Source: Pseudomonadota bacterium (lineage in GTDB: Bacteria > Pseudomonadota > Gammaproteobacteria > JAKAQQ01). Taken from it: a stretch of 64,000 nt of DNA. Location of the stretch: assembly GCA_027320085.1 (NCBI GenBank), contig DAHVLZ010000036.1:32001-96000 (forward strand), given 5' to 3'. The first letter of the stretch is position 1; each line of letters begins with the position of its first letter. The position numbers were made by a program, and so were the translations under genes. Under the pieces are notes generated by a model. The model saw nothing but the letters and a program-made list of their open reading frames with translations. It did no database searches and was not told the origin of the DNA. This document shows, piece by piece, positions 13,751-23,448 of this stretch.

Positions 13751-14998
13751 TCAATCGCATTGGGTCACCACCTTCACCACCAGATAGGGCGAGGGAGGGG
13801 ATACCCATCCTGCCTGGGTGAGAACACGGGCTTGGATGACCCATGCGGAGCCTGCCGGTGTGGCCCACGCTTGGTACCCGGCCAAGGGCAAAGCAACCGG
13901 TCCGGCCGACATGAAAACCGGCGTGATAAAGATCCGGGGTAGGCTGCCGGGGGGGCAGTAATCCGGTTTGGGGATCACACTCCCGTTTTGGGCTTCTGTT
14001 TCGAAAACAACGGCATGGGACAACGAGACCCGTCCGTTCTCGGCTGTGACATCGCCTTCGGCGGCCACCCTCCCTCCGGCGATGGCCACCGTCGGCTGGC
14101 CTGAAGCATCGCGGCCGGCATAAAGACCGCCATCCGCAAACAGGTTCCAAGTCCGGATACCACTGGGTGCGACTCCTTGGGGAAATCCGCTCGTCGGTGA
14201 GAGGCCAGAGGTCGCGAGGTTGCCGCTCTCCGACAGGTTATCCACCCCGGTCACATCATTCCCTCCCATGTTGAGTGGTGCGAACATCTGATTAAGTTCA
14301 GGATGCCCAGGAACGGCAATCCGGTAGAGGTAATCCGGATCCAGGGTTCCTCCAGAAAAAAACTGAAAAAGTACTAGATGCCCAGGCCCGGGGTTGGGAA
14401 TCGAAGTCCCGGCAATCGAAAACGTCCAGCCTCCGTACGCTCCCACCAAATCCCCACGGATCTCGCCCGGCACGTCCCCCGTCGCCACGTATCCGGCTTC
14501 GGGTCCACCAGCCTCGGCTGCTCCGGGAATTACCACGTCGGCATAATGGTTATCCGCTGGTTGGTCCGTCCACACAAAACCCGTAGTCCCGGGTGGGGGC
14601 GAAGCTATAGTCACAGCTGCCAAGTCATTCACCCTGGGTTGCAAAACATAGACTGTGTAAATATCACCAAAAGGGTTTTCTCCCGAGTAACCGGGCGGAA
14701 GGTAGCCACCCGCTGTCAGATCTGCGATCGGAACCGGAACAGACTGCGTTGCCGTCGAACCGGACAGTAGCGAAGCATAATTGGACATCACATAATGACG
14801 GATTGCGTGGCCGATCAGCCGGAGCTGCGCACCTGCGGTCACTTGGCGAATCCGGCGCATTCCTTGGTCTGCAAGCGTGAGGATGCTGACCAAAAGTACT
14901 GTGCCCAAGGTCACCGCGAGCAGCATCTCGATGAGGCTGAGGCCGTGCTGGCCCCTTGGGTAGCGAGTCCGGAACCCGAACAGTTCCTGCGGAATCAT
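13751..14998 (-). CDS. pilV: Type IVb minor pilin / tip adhesin, PilV-like
   Basis: Prepilin motif G/LSLIE, L..GYLP.G...NPFG, YLYRIAVPGHPELNQM...LNMGGN, C-terminal IPKPDYCPPG..PRIF. Confidence 0.85.
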   Translation of the reverse strand: MIPQELFGFRTRYPRGQHGLSLIEMLLAVTLGTVLLVSILTLADQGMRRIRQVTAGAQLRLIGHAIRHYVMSNYASLLSGSTATQSVPVPIADLTAGGYLPPGYSGENPFGDIYTVYVLQPRVNDLAAVTIASPPPGTTGFVWTDQPADNHYADVVIPGAAEAGGPEAGYVATGDVPGEIRGDLVGAYGGWTFSIAGTSIPNPGPGHLVLFQFFSGGTLDPDYLYRIAVPGHPELNQMFAPLNMGGNDVTGVDNLSESGNLATSGLSPTSGFPQGVAPSGIRTWNLFADGGLYAGRDASGQPTVAIAGGRVAAEGDVTAENGRVSLSHAVVFETEAQNGSVIPKPDYCPPGSLPRIFITPVFMSAGPVALPLAGYQAWATPAGSAWVIQARVLTQAGWVSPPSPYLVVKVVTQCD

Positions 14999-15441
14999 TG
15001 CACGTTCACAACCGAAACCACCGCGCCAGCTGGCACACCGGCCGGTACGGGGAAGCGGGTCCCATCAAGTTCCGAGTAACCCATCTCGGCTCCATCCTGG
15101 ATTTGCACCACCCCGATTGATTCCGATCCTGCGACCTCTCGCTCTACGGAAGCCTGCGCGGCAGCCGGCAGATACGCCCAGATCACGACCTGGCCTTCAC
15201 GAGTCTTATTATGGAGCGCAGACAAAGGTTGCCAGCCCGGCGGCAGTGAGAGTTGATCTGATGCCACGCTTCCTCTCACATACGGGTGCTCCTCAACGTA
15301 ATGGATGACCGCATTCCGGTAAGACGTGAAGTTCTCGGCTAGTACATGGTCTCGGTCAAAACGAACAACCACTGGTGTGGCCAGATCAGCGAACAAAACC
15401 ATCAGTCCTAACAGCATTGCAACTACGGTTGCCATCCACAT
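14995..15441 (-). CDS. pilM: Type IVb pilus protein, PilM-like
   Basis: N-terminal TM, AENF..YRNAV..Y, LSLPPGW, PAGVPAGAVV. Confidence 0.75.
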   Translation of the reverse strand: MWMATVVAMLLGLMVLFADLATPVVVRFDRDHVLAENFTSYRNAVIHYVEEHPYVRGSVASDQLSLPPGWQPLSALHNKTREGQVVIWAYLPAAAQASVEREVAGSESIGVVQIQDGAEMGYSELDGTRFPVPAGVPAGAVVSVVNVQ

Positions 15442-15460
15442 CGTGCGTCACCGGTCTCGT

Positions 15461-16060
15461 TCAACCGACAATCCAGAGCAGGGTATTTGTGCTCCCCGGG
15501 GTGCAATCGCCAGAGGCCAGGGGCGTTGGGCTGGAGCCGGCAGCGATGGGGTTACCCGGCGAATACAGAGATGTTCCGTTGATGGAGAAGGCTACCCAAG
15601 TACCGTACTGGTAGGTGGCCAGCTTGATGCAGGCACTCTGGGAAACACTCGCCATCTGGATCGCAAAATCCCCGCCAAAGTTCGACGAAAGGGCAGTTCC
15701 CGGTTCGAGTGTGACCGCTCCCTGCCAGGAATCCACCGGCGCCCCGGTTCCAACCATATCAGCCGGGAAAACGCCAGCATTGATGGCAACCTGATTCGTG
15801 AGCCCGTTATAGTTTCCCTGTCCTGCGTAGAGCTGTTTCACACCTCCTTCGATCGATGCGATGTCGGTCTCGGTGTTCGACAGGCGGTTGTTGCTCAACA
15901 CCTGGCCAGCAACGATGAATGCACCCACCAAGATGATGATGCCGATCACCACAGCAATCAAAGTCTCGACCAGGGTCAGCCCACCTTGACCTCGGCATAT
16001 CCAAGCCCCATTTGGTTCGTCTTTTCTCACCACACGCCTCCGCATATTGTCTGCAACCAT
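15461..16060 (-). CDS. pilS: Type IVb major prepilin, PilS-like
   Basis: Long basic leader then G/LTLVE hydrophobic helix; Y.GL...AINAGVFPADM, VSQSACIKLA, C-terminal Cys pair; start uncertain. Confidence 0.85.
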   Translation of the reverse strand: MVADNMRRRVVRKDEPNGAWICRGQGGLTLVETLIAVVIGIIILVGAFIVAGQVLSNNRLSNTETDIASIEGGVKQLYAGQGNYNGLTNQVAINAGVFPADMVGTGAPVDSWQGAVTLEPGTALSSNFGGDFAIQMASVSQSACIKLATYQYGTWVAFSINGTSLYSPGNPIAAGSSPTPLASGDCTPGSTNTLLWIVG

Positions 16061-16089
16061 CTGGCACGAACCTTCCCCCGCTAACGCGG

Positions 16090-17229
16090 TTACCCCATGT
16101 GTGCCATGGACATGAAGTAGTTCGGAATCTGGATCTGAAGGACAACCGTTCCTAACGTGAACCAGAGCACAATGAGTGCAAAAACGATGCGAGCCAATAC
16201 CTCGATCCGGTTTGCCTGAACCACAACCTGTCGAAAACCGGAGTCCACCCACTCCGAAGCAATCTCACGCAAGATGTCTTCCACGTCGAGTCCTTGACTT
16301 TCAAACAGGGAAATGTCAGCCACGATTTCAGGATCCGGGAAACCGAAAGAAGACCGCTGCATGGCTTGTCCCATACCGAAACCCGCTACCATGCCCAGTC
16401 GAATAGCTCGCAGTCGTTCCCGCATCCAGGGCTTGGACAGTCGTTCGGTCTCGACAAGCGCGTCATACGCCTTGATCCGGCCACTGTCCGTCAGTGCGGG
16501 GATGCTCGCGAGCCAAGCACCCCCTTCCTGCAAACGGTAAAAGCTAAAGGGCGGGATACGATCCAGGGCACGCCGGACCGGACCCGTCCAATACGGAAAT
16601 AAAAGGGGCAAAAGCAAAAAAGACAGAACTCCGAAACCCACGAAGATGGCAAACCAGACTGACCCGACGATCCGGCTTGCAACCAACAACGAACGGGGTA
16701 CACCCGTCCAGTCGGAGGGTGGATACAACAGCGCAATTTTGGGGATGACATAATCGGAGAAAGTCATGAGGGTAACCAGGATCATCACAAAGTAGGTAAC
16801 CAGGCGGACCCACGCGCCGAGCACAGCACCGCGCATCCGGCGTCTTGCCTCAAGGCGTCGACCGAGATAGCTGAAAACCCGCTGGATGCCGGTTCGTTGT
16901 CCGTCGGCTCCCACCGTTTTTTCCCCTCCACGGATCAGCATCCGTTCTACGGGATCCGTGATGTCAGCCATTGACTCCGCCACCGGGAGCCCTGATTGCA
17001 TTCGCTTCTGGATTTCACGGAGAACACAGGCCTCGATGCCCCATCCGCCACGCCGGCTGGCTCTTCGAAACATTTCATCCACCACGGAAACGATATTGAT
17101 GGATGAACGCCGAAGAATCCGATCGAGGTGACGGAAAAGCCGTTCTTTCCCACCCTGCTTCCAGACCCACAAGGCCAGGCAATAACTCCAATCCCGCCGG
17201 GGTCCCCCTTTTTCCAATTGGGTCGTCAC
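16090..17229 (-). CDS. pilR: Inner membrane platform protein (T2SS F family), PilR-like
   Basis: Three TM segments, WTGPVRRALDRIPPFSFYR, FPDPE; GTG overlaps the pilQ stop. Confidence 0.85.
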   Translation of the reverse strand: MTTQLEKGGPRRDWSYCLALWVWKQGGKERLFRHLDRILRRSSINIVSVVDEMFRRASRRGGWGIEACVLREIQKRMQSGLPVAESMADITDPVERMLIRGGEKTVGADGQRTGIQRVFSYLGRRLEARRRMRGAVLGAWVRLVTYFVMILVTLMTFSDYVIPKIALLYPPSDWTGVPRSLLVASRIVGSVWFAIFVGFGVLSFLLLPLLFPYWTGPVRRALDRIPPFSFYRLQEGGAWLASIPALTDSGRIKAYDALVETERLSKPWMRERLRAIRLGMVAGFGMGQAMQRSSFGFPDPEIVADISLFESQGLDVEDILREIASEWVDSGFRQVVVQANRIEVLARIVFALIVLWFTLGTVVLQIQIPNYFMSMAHMG

Positions 17230-18812
17230 GTGTCTCCTCCCACGCGCCCGAATGACCAATCGGTCTCCTCCTCAAGCACCAGGTCAAGCCCCCACCGGCT
17301 GGCATATTCAACTTCACCTTGCGCAAACCGCAGAAGCCAGTGTCGTGCCATCGTGAGCGAGTTCGGATGTCGCCGCCATGCCTCTTCTGCCTGTTCGACC
17401 CCCTCTGCGCGAGCGTGATGAAGTAGGTCACGCGTCGTGGTCACCACTTCGGCCACGACCGACCTGCCGGCAATGCCCGGCAGTGGACCCTCTCCGGCCT
17501 GGCACATCGGACACCCTGGACCCCGCCGTCGCGCCTGTGCCCATCGGTGCCCGAGCAGCGTTCGCAGGACCTCGACATCCTGTGCCGGGATGGATGGGTC
17601 ATCAGGCTCTAGGGGTAAGGAACAGTGTGGGCAAAGCTTCTGGACGAGACGCTGGGCCACTAACCCGCGCAATACAGAAGGGTCATAAAGCAGGGTCTGA
17701 TTCTCGGGTTTATCGCAGAGATCGTGCAGACGCGCTAGGATTTTCCAAGCACTGTTGGCATGCACGGTGGTAAGAACCAGGTGGCCGGTATTGGCCACCT
17801 GGAGTGTGCCGATGGCACCCTCCCGACTCCTGACTTCCCCCACCATCACGATATCCGGATCGAGCCGCATGACATCCTCGATATGACGTCCCCAATCATC
17901 GTGTTGCACGGGGATTTGCCGAACTCCCTCAATCTGGTACTCAGGAGGATCTTCAAGCGTGAGAAGATGCCGGGTGTGCTGCCGAGTCCGGAGCGATTTG
18001 AGCGCCGCTACCAGAGTCGTGGATTTCCCCGAGCCTGTCGGCCCTGAAATCACCGTGATCCCCGATGCATGATCCAGAAGCCGGCTCATCTGGATTCCCT
18101 GTTCCGGCGTGTAGCCCAGACCACAGAGGGCATCTGACAGAGTGTCTCCCTCCACGCCGATATCCCTCGGCAGGAGTCGGAGCACCATCATCGAGCCCCC
18201 GAGAATTGGAGCCGACTGGATCCGTACTCCGTGCAGACCTGGCGGCAGGTGCCCGCCTCGAGTTCCGATCCGGGCCTTTTGCGGCGCCGCCGGATTGTAA
18301 TGACCTTCTCCCTCTTCGGCCATGACTCCATAGATCACGCCCGCCAGTTCCTCGGCCTCGTGCAGTTTCATCTGTCTTACTTCGCGCAGATCACCGTACA
18401 GGCGCATGAGCACCGTTCCCATTCGCCCAGCCCCATCCAGGACCAGGTGAATATCAGAAACCTCCTGTCGCGCGGCTTCAGCCAACATCTGGCGGGCTTG
18501 GTTCACCATCGCCCCCACATCCTCCGGTGGACAAGCCGGCCTAGTCTCGGAACCGAGGTCCCGAAGTACCTGATAGGGGACAGGGTGGGTACGCCGGTAG
18601 CCTTTCCAGCCGATCCGGATCAAGGCCAGGAGGTTCTGGACACGGACCTCGTCCTGATAGCCTTCACTAACGAGAACCACCCCGTTTGTGCACAAGGCAA
18701 TCACATCACGCAGATCCTCACGGGTCACAAAGCGATTGGTCAGCGAACGGTCATATAACAAGGGCAGATCCCTCTCCCGGTCACACCCGGAATCGGGTGA
18801 GACTTCCATCAT
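17226..18812 (-). CDS. pilQ: Pilus assembly ATPase, PilQ-like
   Basis: SDIH, Walker A GPTGSGKST, EDPPEY, MRLDPDIVMVGEVR, TGHLVLTTVHAN, CPHC/CPMC. Confidence 0.92.
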   Translation of the reverse strand: MMEVSPDSGCDRERDLPLLYDRSLTNRFVTREDLRDVIALCTNGVVLVSEGYQDEVRVQNLLALIRIGWKGYRRTHPVPYQVLRDLGSETRPACPPEDVGAMVNQARQMLAEAARQEVSDIHLVLDGAGRMGTVLMRLYGDLREVRQMKLHEAEELAGVIYGVMAEEGEGHYNPAAPQKARIGTRGGHLPPGLHGVRIQSAPILGGSMMVLRLLPRDIGVEGDTLSDALCGLGYTPEQGIQMSRLLDHASGITVISGPTGSGKSTTLVAALKSLRTRQHTRHLLTLEDPPEYQIEGVRQIPVQHDDWGRHIEDVMRLDPDIVMVGEVRSREGAIGTLQVANTGHLVLTTVHANSAWKILARLHDLCDKPENQTLLYDPSVLRGLVAQRLVQKLCPHCSLPLEPDDPSIPAQDVEVLRTLLGHRWAQARRRGPGCPMCQAGEGPLPGIAGRSVVAEVVTTTRDLLHHARAEGVEQAEEAWRRHPNSLTMARHWLLRFAQGEVEYASRWGLDLVLEEETDWSFGRVGGDT

Positions 18813-19363
18813 TTCTGCCTCCCTCCAGCTGCAGGAAGAGCGTCTGGTCCTGTCACGCCCGCAGGGATGTATGGCACCGCCGGACCAGAGGGCGTCGGAG
18901 AGCCATCCACCATAAATCCCAAGGCACGGATCTGGCCGGCCGGCATCCGTACCCAGACTTCCCGGCGCTCTACCCGGATCACTTGAGTCCCGTCCTCGAG
19001 AAGGGATCCCGACCGGACCGTCATGCGGGATCCGTCCGGGTACTGGACGATGGCACGGATATGTCCCCCCACTCCATCAACCGATCGGACTTCGGGTAAC
19101 ATGACCAACCCCAAGGGGTCAGGCGGAATCCTGCAGGACACACTTTCATGAGCGATGGCGGACTGCAGTTTTGCAATAGCGAGTTCCGCCCGGAGTAGGG
19201 TTTCGCGAGCACGCAGACGTCCGAGACGCGCCACCCGAAAATCGGGCCGGTGACGTGGCGGGGCCGGAACTGGCAACGCTCCTGGATGAACGGCCGCTTG
19301 GACAACCCCGATCCAGAGACCAAACATAGCAAGACCTCCCCAGTACTCACCACGGATCCGCAT
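18809..19363 (-). CDS. pilP: Type IVb pilus protein, PilP-like
   Basis: Signal peptide, coiled segment, PEVRSVDGVGG...G..L.DG; position between pilO and pilQ. Confidence 0.75.
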   Translation of the reverse strand: MRIRGEYWGGLAMFGLWIGVVQAAVHPGALPVPAPPRHRPDFRVARLGRLRARETLLRAELAIAKLQSAIAHESVSCRIPPDPLGLVMLPEVRSVDGVGGHIRAIVQYPDGSRMTVRSGSLLEDGTQVIRVERREVWVRMPAGQIRALGFMVDGSPTPSGPAVPYIPAGVTGPDALPAAGGRQK

Positions 19364-20585
19364 AGATCACCCCCGTTAGATGCCAGACCAACTGTCCGTT
19401 CAAGGAAAGCGTCGCTTCCATCCGATGAATCGAAAGGCCCCGGAGTGCGGAAAAATCCGGTGCCAACCGGAACGGGTCACCTCTTTCTAGCTCAATCGAC
19501 CACTCGGCTTTGAGGCTGGGATGAACCGTCCCAGGAGGACTACTCTGCCAGTTCAATGATGCAGCCTGGATACCAGCGCTGCGGGCCCACTCATAGAAAT
19601 CGTCTTCCACACGCGGCCGTGGAATCACCCCTTGCATGAGGTTCGTCTCCGGACCCGGCTGCAGTTCTAACGAAGACACCACCTGGTCCGGGCCTGAGGT
19701 CGATACCGATCGACCGGGCAGATGAGTGAATGAGGCGCCCGGGCGGTACCGCCAAACGACGACGGCCTGCTGACCCGTACAGACGAAACGCGCAAACATC
19801 CATCCCTCGTCCACCAGATCCAGTGATTGCCATTCCCGCCGGCATGCGGCCATTACCCGGAAAGGTGAAAAACCCAAGACTCGATCAACCGAAGCAGCCG
19901 CCACTGCCACTGGAGCCACAACTCGATCCTTCACTCCTGCTCCAGACGATCGGGTTTCCGCGAGACCCTTGTAGAGATCCCCGTTCCATATCACGAATCC
20001 AAAAGACAGCAGCACGGCCAAGCCTAAGACCAAAAGCCGCTTCCGTCTTCTATATAAAGGCCTCGTGCGGGGCAGGCTTGAGAGTGGGATCATCCCCAAT
20101 GCGTCTTCCAGAAGGGCCCATCCGGCATCCCCGTGACGACCTTCGATCCGCTCGGACAGGCGCTCGCCATAATGGTCCAGCAAAAGAGCCAGACGTGCCC
20201 TCCCCTCTGCTTCGCTACCTGCAAAGTCCCCCTCACCCAGCACCCGTCCCTCCAGTGTAGCGATCACCAACATCTGACCCGGATCGGTCACAAGACACCA
20301 CAGCACCCCAGTTTCAGGTCGGGCTCTGGCCAGTGCTGGCGCCAACGCATAGACTTTCTCTGCTGTTCCAGAGGCACCCAAACCAATTCTTCCACCCGCC
20401 CGGTCGATCACCAGCGTGTCGCAGGCCAGCGCCCTGGAATCCGGATCAGCAGCACTTTCGATTTCACGAATCAGGCGACGGGCAGTACGCTGCGGAACAC
20501 GCAGTTCCCCCTTTTCAGATGCCTGCCACCAGTAAAGCCCGGCGGCATAACGGATTCCCCGGCACTCTATGATCTGCATGGTCAC
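19347..20585 (-). CDS. pilO: Type IVb pilus accessory protein, PilO-like
   Basis: YAAGLYW N-terminus, central TM, C...W...GW....C motif; follows the secretin. Confidence 0.8.
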   Translation of the reverse strand: MTMQIIECRGIRYAAGLYWWQASEKGELRVPQRTARRLIREIESAADPDSRALACDTLVIDRAGGRIGLGASGTAEKVYALAPALARARPETGVLWCLVTDPGQMLVIATLEGRVLGEGDFAGSEAEGRARLALLLDHYGERLSERIEGRHGDAGWALLEDALGMIPLSSLPRTRPLYRRRKRLLVLGLAVLLSFGFVIWNGDLYKGLAETRSSGAGVKDRVVAPVAVAAASVDRVLGFSPFRVMAACRREWQSLDLVDEGWMFARFVCTGQQAVVVWRYRPGASFTHLPGRSVSTSGPDQVVSSLELQPGPETNLMQGVIPRPRVEDDFYEWARSAGIQAASLNWQSSPPGTVHPSLKAEWSIELERGDPFRLAPDFSALRGLSIHRMEATLSLNGQLVWHLTGVIYADPW

Positions 20586-20589
20586 CGGA

Positions 20590-22215
20590 TCAGGCCCGAA
20601 CTCGGCGGGCAGTCAGGGTCACAAAAATCATCTTGCGCTGCCGGCTGTTTCCGGAAAACCAGGACAAGAGCCCCTGGTCATCTTGTCGACTCTTCTCAAT
20701 CTGCTCGAAACCGGCGAGAACCAGGGTTTGTCCACTTCGCATGATGACTCGCTGGACGAAACGCTGAGAACTCACACTCGGTACCTGGATTGATTCGCCA
20801 CCCGAGGTAATGGTGGTCAGCGAATTGAGTGTGGCAAGGTCGATCGCGTACTGCATGGCCATTTCCCGACCAGCCAAGATCCTGGGCACGACGATCATCG
20901 AGAATCCGGTTGTAACCTCTCCGGGTGTCAGTGCTGTCGATTGTCCGACCAGGGTGGAGGCGGTGGTCTGGGCACTGGCCAGGTACCCCACGGTCTTGGT
21001 GACCTGGATCGGCAGTGGTTGGCCCTGGAGCGCAATGCCAGAACCCTGGGTCATGAGCGCTACATGGCCGTACTGGCTCAAGGCCTCAACCAGGAAATGA
21101 CTCCCCGAGTATTGCCCGATTCGTCCCGTAGCGGTATCGAGCATGGTGGCTGAGAGCGTGGCAGCTCCACCGACGGAAGCCACCGGGCTGGCCCCGGTCA
21201 CTGTAACTCCATATGTCCGGGCCAAGTTGTTAAAAACGACATTCAAATTGAAGCTCCGGAGCGTCGCATTAGTGAGATCCAGAGAATAGACACGGACGCT
21301 CACTGAGACTTCCCTTTGCATCACCCGGTTGATGGAGGCGAGATATCGCCCCACCCGACGCAGGATCATGGGTCGATCTGTGACTGTGACCGTTCCGGCC
21401 TCCGGGTTGGCAAAAACGGTTCCATGGAGAGTGAGCATCGACTTGAGGTTAGCCACGAGTCGGCTCCAAAAATTATTGCGTTGAGTCTGCGTCACGGTCT
21501 GGCTGCTCGTTTCGCTGGCCCCGCCTGTGGCACCACCCTGGCTCCCCAAATCACTTTGGTTAGTGAGCATCAGAGACGTTCCCATCGAACCGGGCAGGAC
21601 GGCGAGTGCAAACACTCGGGTTTCGTAACGAAAAAATCGGATCGCACCATGCCACCAGCGCCATGAGAGTCCATAATGGGCAGCGATTTTATTGAGAAGC
21701 CCAGACAGAGCCCCCCGGTAGCTGATCCGCATGACCCGACCGGTCGCACGCAACAGTGCTCGTTGGGTTTCCTGCTGTCCGATTTCGGTCTGTTGTTGTG
21801 CAAGCAGCGCGCCCAACCGCACTGGCAGCCCGGAAACCTGTGAGATCCGATCAATCAGCTGGTAGAGATAAAGATGGCGGGTTACCAGCGTGACCGTCTC
21901 GTGAAAAACGGACGGACGAGAATGGGACATGACCAATGGGATGGGCCGGCCACTGCCGAAGTAGTAGCCTTTGTGGATACGCAGCGCTCGGGGCGGAAGC
22001 TCCCTTGACTGCCGGGCCGCCAAACCGGATAACTGTCTTCGGGATAGAGCCAGCCCTGAACGACCAGAATGGGTCATCGCACAACCTGAAAGCAAAGTTA
22101 CAAGAACAATCCCGGGCCAACGGAACGCCTTGCCGGGTTTATGCCTGGAGACAGGCCACCTCCATCCGGTGATCCCTGCAACCCATAACCGAGCAGCCAT
22201 CGGCATGCTTCTCAC
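20590..22215 (-). CDS. pilN: Type IVb liposecretin, PilN-like
   Basis: Lipobox LLSGC, Y.G.LSGLL..IA, GTVTVTD.P, LTPGEVTTGF, SGQTLVLAGFEQ. Confidence 0.9.
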   Translation of the reverse strand: MRSMPMAARLWVAGITGWRWPVSRHKPGKAFRWPGIVLVTLLSGCAMTHSGRSGLALSRRQLSGLAARQSRELPPRALRIHKGYYFGSGRPIPLVMSHSRPSVFHETVTLVTRHLYLYQLIDRISQVSGLPVRLGALLAQQQTEIGQQETQRALLRATGRVMRISYRGALSGLLNKIAAHYGLSWRWWHGAIRFFRYETRVFALAVLPGSMGTSLMLTNQSDLGSQGGATGGASETSSQTVTQTQRNNFWSRLVANLKSMLTLHGTVFANPEAGTVTVTDRPMILRRVGRYLASINRVMQREVSVSVRVYSLDLTNATLRSFNLNVVFNNLARTYGVTVTGASPVASVGGAATLSATMLDTATGRIGQYSGSHFLVEALSQYGHVALMTQGSGIALQGQPLPIQVTKTVGYLASAQTTASTLVGQSTALTPGEVTTGFSMIVVPRILAGREMAMQYAIDLATLNSLTTITSGGESIQVPSVSSQRFVQRVIMRSGQTLVLAGFEQIEKSRQDDQGLLSWFSGNSRQRKMIFVTLTARRVRA

Positions 22216-22646
22216 CGAAACCTACCGGCTGCTCGATGAATGATGAGAACACGGTTTTTCCGGTAGAGAACCGCCCTGACCGGGGAGCCTGCGCGTTGTA
22301 GTGCCCGCACCAGAACTTTGAGCGCTTGGATAAAGGAACCATGGACGACCGCACGCGTCGTCAAAAGATAGTCCTTGGGACTTTTCCAGACAAGCTGGTA
22401 ATCCGAACGAGCAGTCCACCGCCGGAGTTCATGGTGAAGACTGCCTGGGAACACGAGCCAGGTTCGCGATCCTGTGGCATGGCGCTGGTGGATCCTTCGA
22501 GAAACGTGAAAAGGATACCGTGCAGCATGCTCGACTTTGAAAAGCACTGGAGCACCGTTACGATGCATGCCGGCAGCTCGACCGGGTCGCGGAATCAGCA
22601 TCAGTCCGACTAAGAATCCGACGGACCATCCGGAACGCACGTTCAC
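22212..22646 (-). CDS. TcpQ-domain periplasmic protein
   Basis: GTG 22646 overlaps the upstream stop; signal peptide; W....GSL...L.RW...SDYQLVW...DY...G.F..A...L, YRKNRVL. Confidence 0.7.
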   Translation of the reverse strand: MNVRSGWSVGFLVGLMLIPRPGRAAGMHRNGAPVLFKVEHAARYPFHVSRRIHQRHATGSRTWLVFPGSLHHELRRWTARSDYQLVWKSPKDYLLTTRAVVHGSFIQALKVLVRALQRAGSPVRAVLYRKNRVLIIHRAAGRFR

Positions 22647-23302
22647 AAACCCAGCGCCACGGCAACCACACGATTGCCACCGTAAACTCGGATCTTGAGA
22701 ATCCGTCCTCGCGAGCGGGCCCAAAGCGTGAGCGCGCGCAAGGCATGCCAAAGCCGGAGGTGGCCCCGATGCTCGTGCTGAACTCGCCAAGCAGGTCCCT
22801 TCCAGACCAATCGGTACCCGGCAAGCATGCACCAATGCAAAAGTTGACGACGGAGGTTGCCGGGGTGCAGGCGCCACTCCCGGAGCGGACCTCCCCCTCC
22901 ATGCTTCAGTGGCTTCTTCAAGCGGGCTTCACCCGTTCGTGCGGAATCTGCTAGGAGAAGGAGATGCCCTTTTTGGAGAGTGAGCACTACCTCGGGAGCC
23001 AACCCGTCGACAACCCAGTAAGGGTCTTCGCGGAACACGGGCAGGGACTTTGCCCCAAGAGAGCTGCCGGCTGCCGCACGGATCGGCTGACAGTCTGGAT
23101 GGTGGTTCATCCACAAGAAGATTTCCCGTCCGTTGTCGTAGGCGATCCGTGGCAGGCAGCGGGAACCCATTACTCGGTAATCGAAGTGGTAACGTCCATA
23201 TGCCACTCCACCAAGGGCCAGCCCAACGATTAAGAGTCCAGCCTGGACGGCTTTGGAGTCATATCTCGCACGACGCACTCTGAGTGGAGGCGGTAGAATC
23301 AT
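22643..23302 (-). CDS. PilL-like protein (VirB9/TrbG-like N-part plus TcpQ domain)
   Basis: FDY.V.G...P..AYDNG..IFL then L..W...AGYRLVW and YGGNRVV; first gene of the cluster. Confidence 0.7.
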   Translation of the reverse strand: MILPPPLRVRRARYDSKAVQAGLLIVGLALGGVAYGRYHFDYRVMGSRCLPRIAYDNGREIFLWMNHHPDCQPIRAAAGSSLGAKSLPVFREDPYWVVDGLAPEVVLTLQKGHLLLLADSARTGEARLKKPLKHGGGGPLREWRLHPGNLRRQLLHWCMLAGYRLVWKGPAWRVQHEHRGHLRLWHALRALTLWARSRGRILKIRVYGGNRVVAVALGL

Positions 23303-23448
23303 GGCCCCGGATCTCCCGTGAAATCGGAGGGACAGCTTGCCGGACCGGATGGCATGCGAACAGCTTCAAATCCGCTGTTTCTGCCGGATTAGCCCAAATC
23401 ACTTCGGCTATGCTCCCCTCTCCAGGCCCCCCCCTACCAGGAGTCACA

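Noticed and set aside
13016-14340. Shufflon next to pilV, including sfx-like GGCAATCCGGTAGAGG near 14315
   Set aside because: Single copy, antisense to pilV and mid-gene; no rci and no invertible cassettes
13016-23448. pil cluster as an ICE or prophage
   Set aside because: No integrase, tra genes, tRNA target or flanking direct repeats seen
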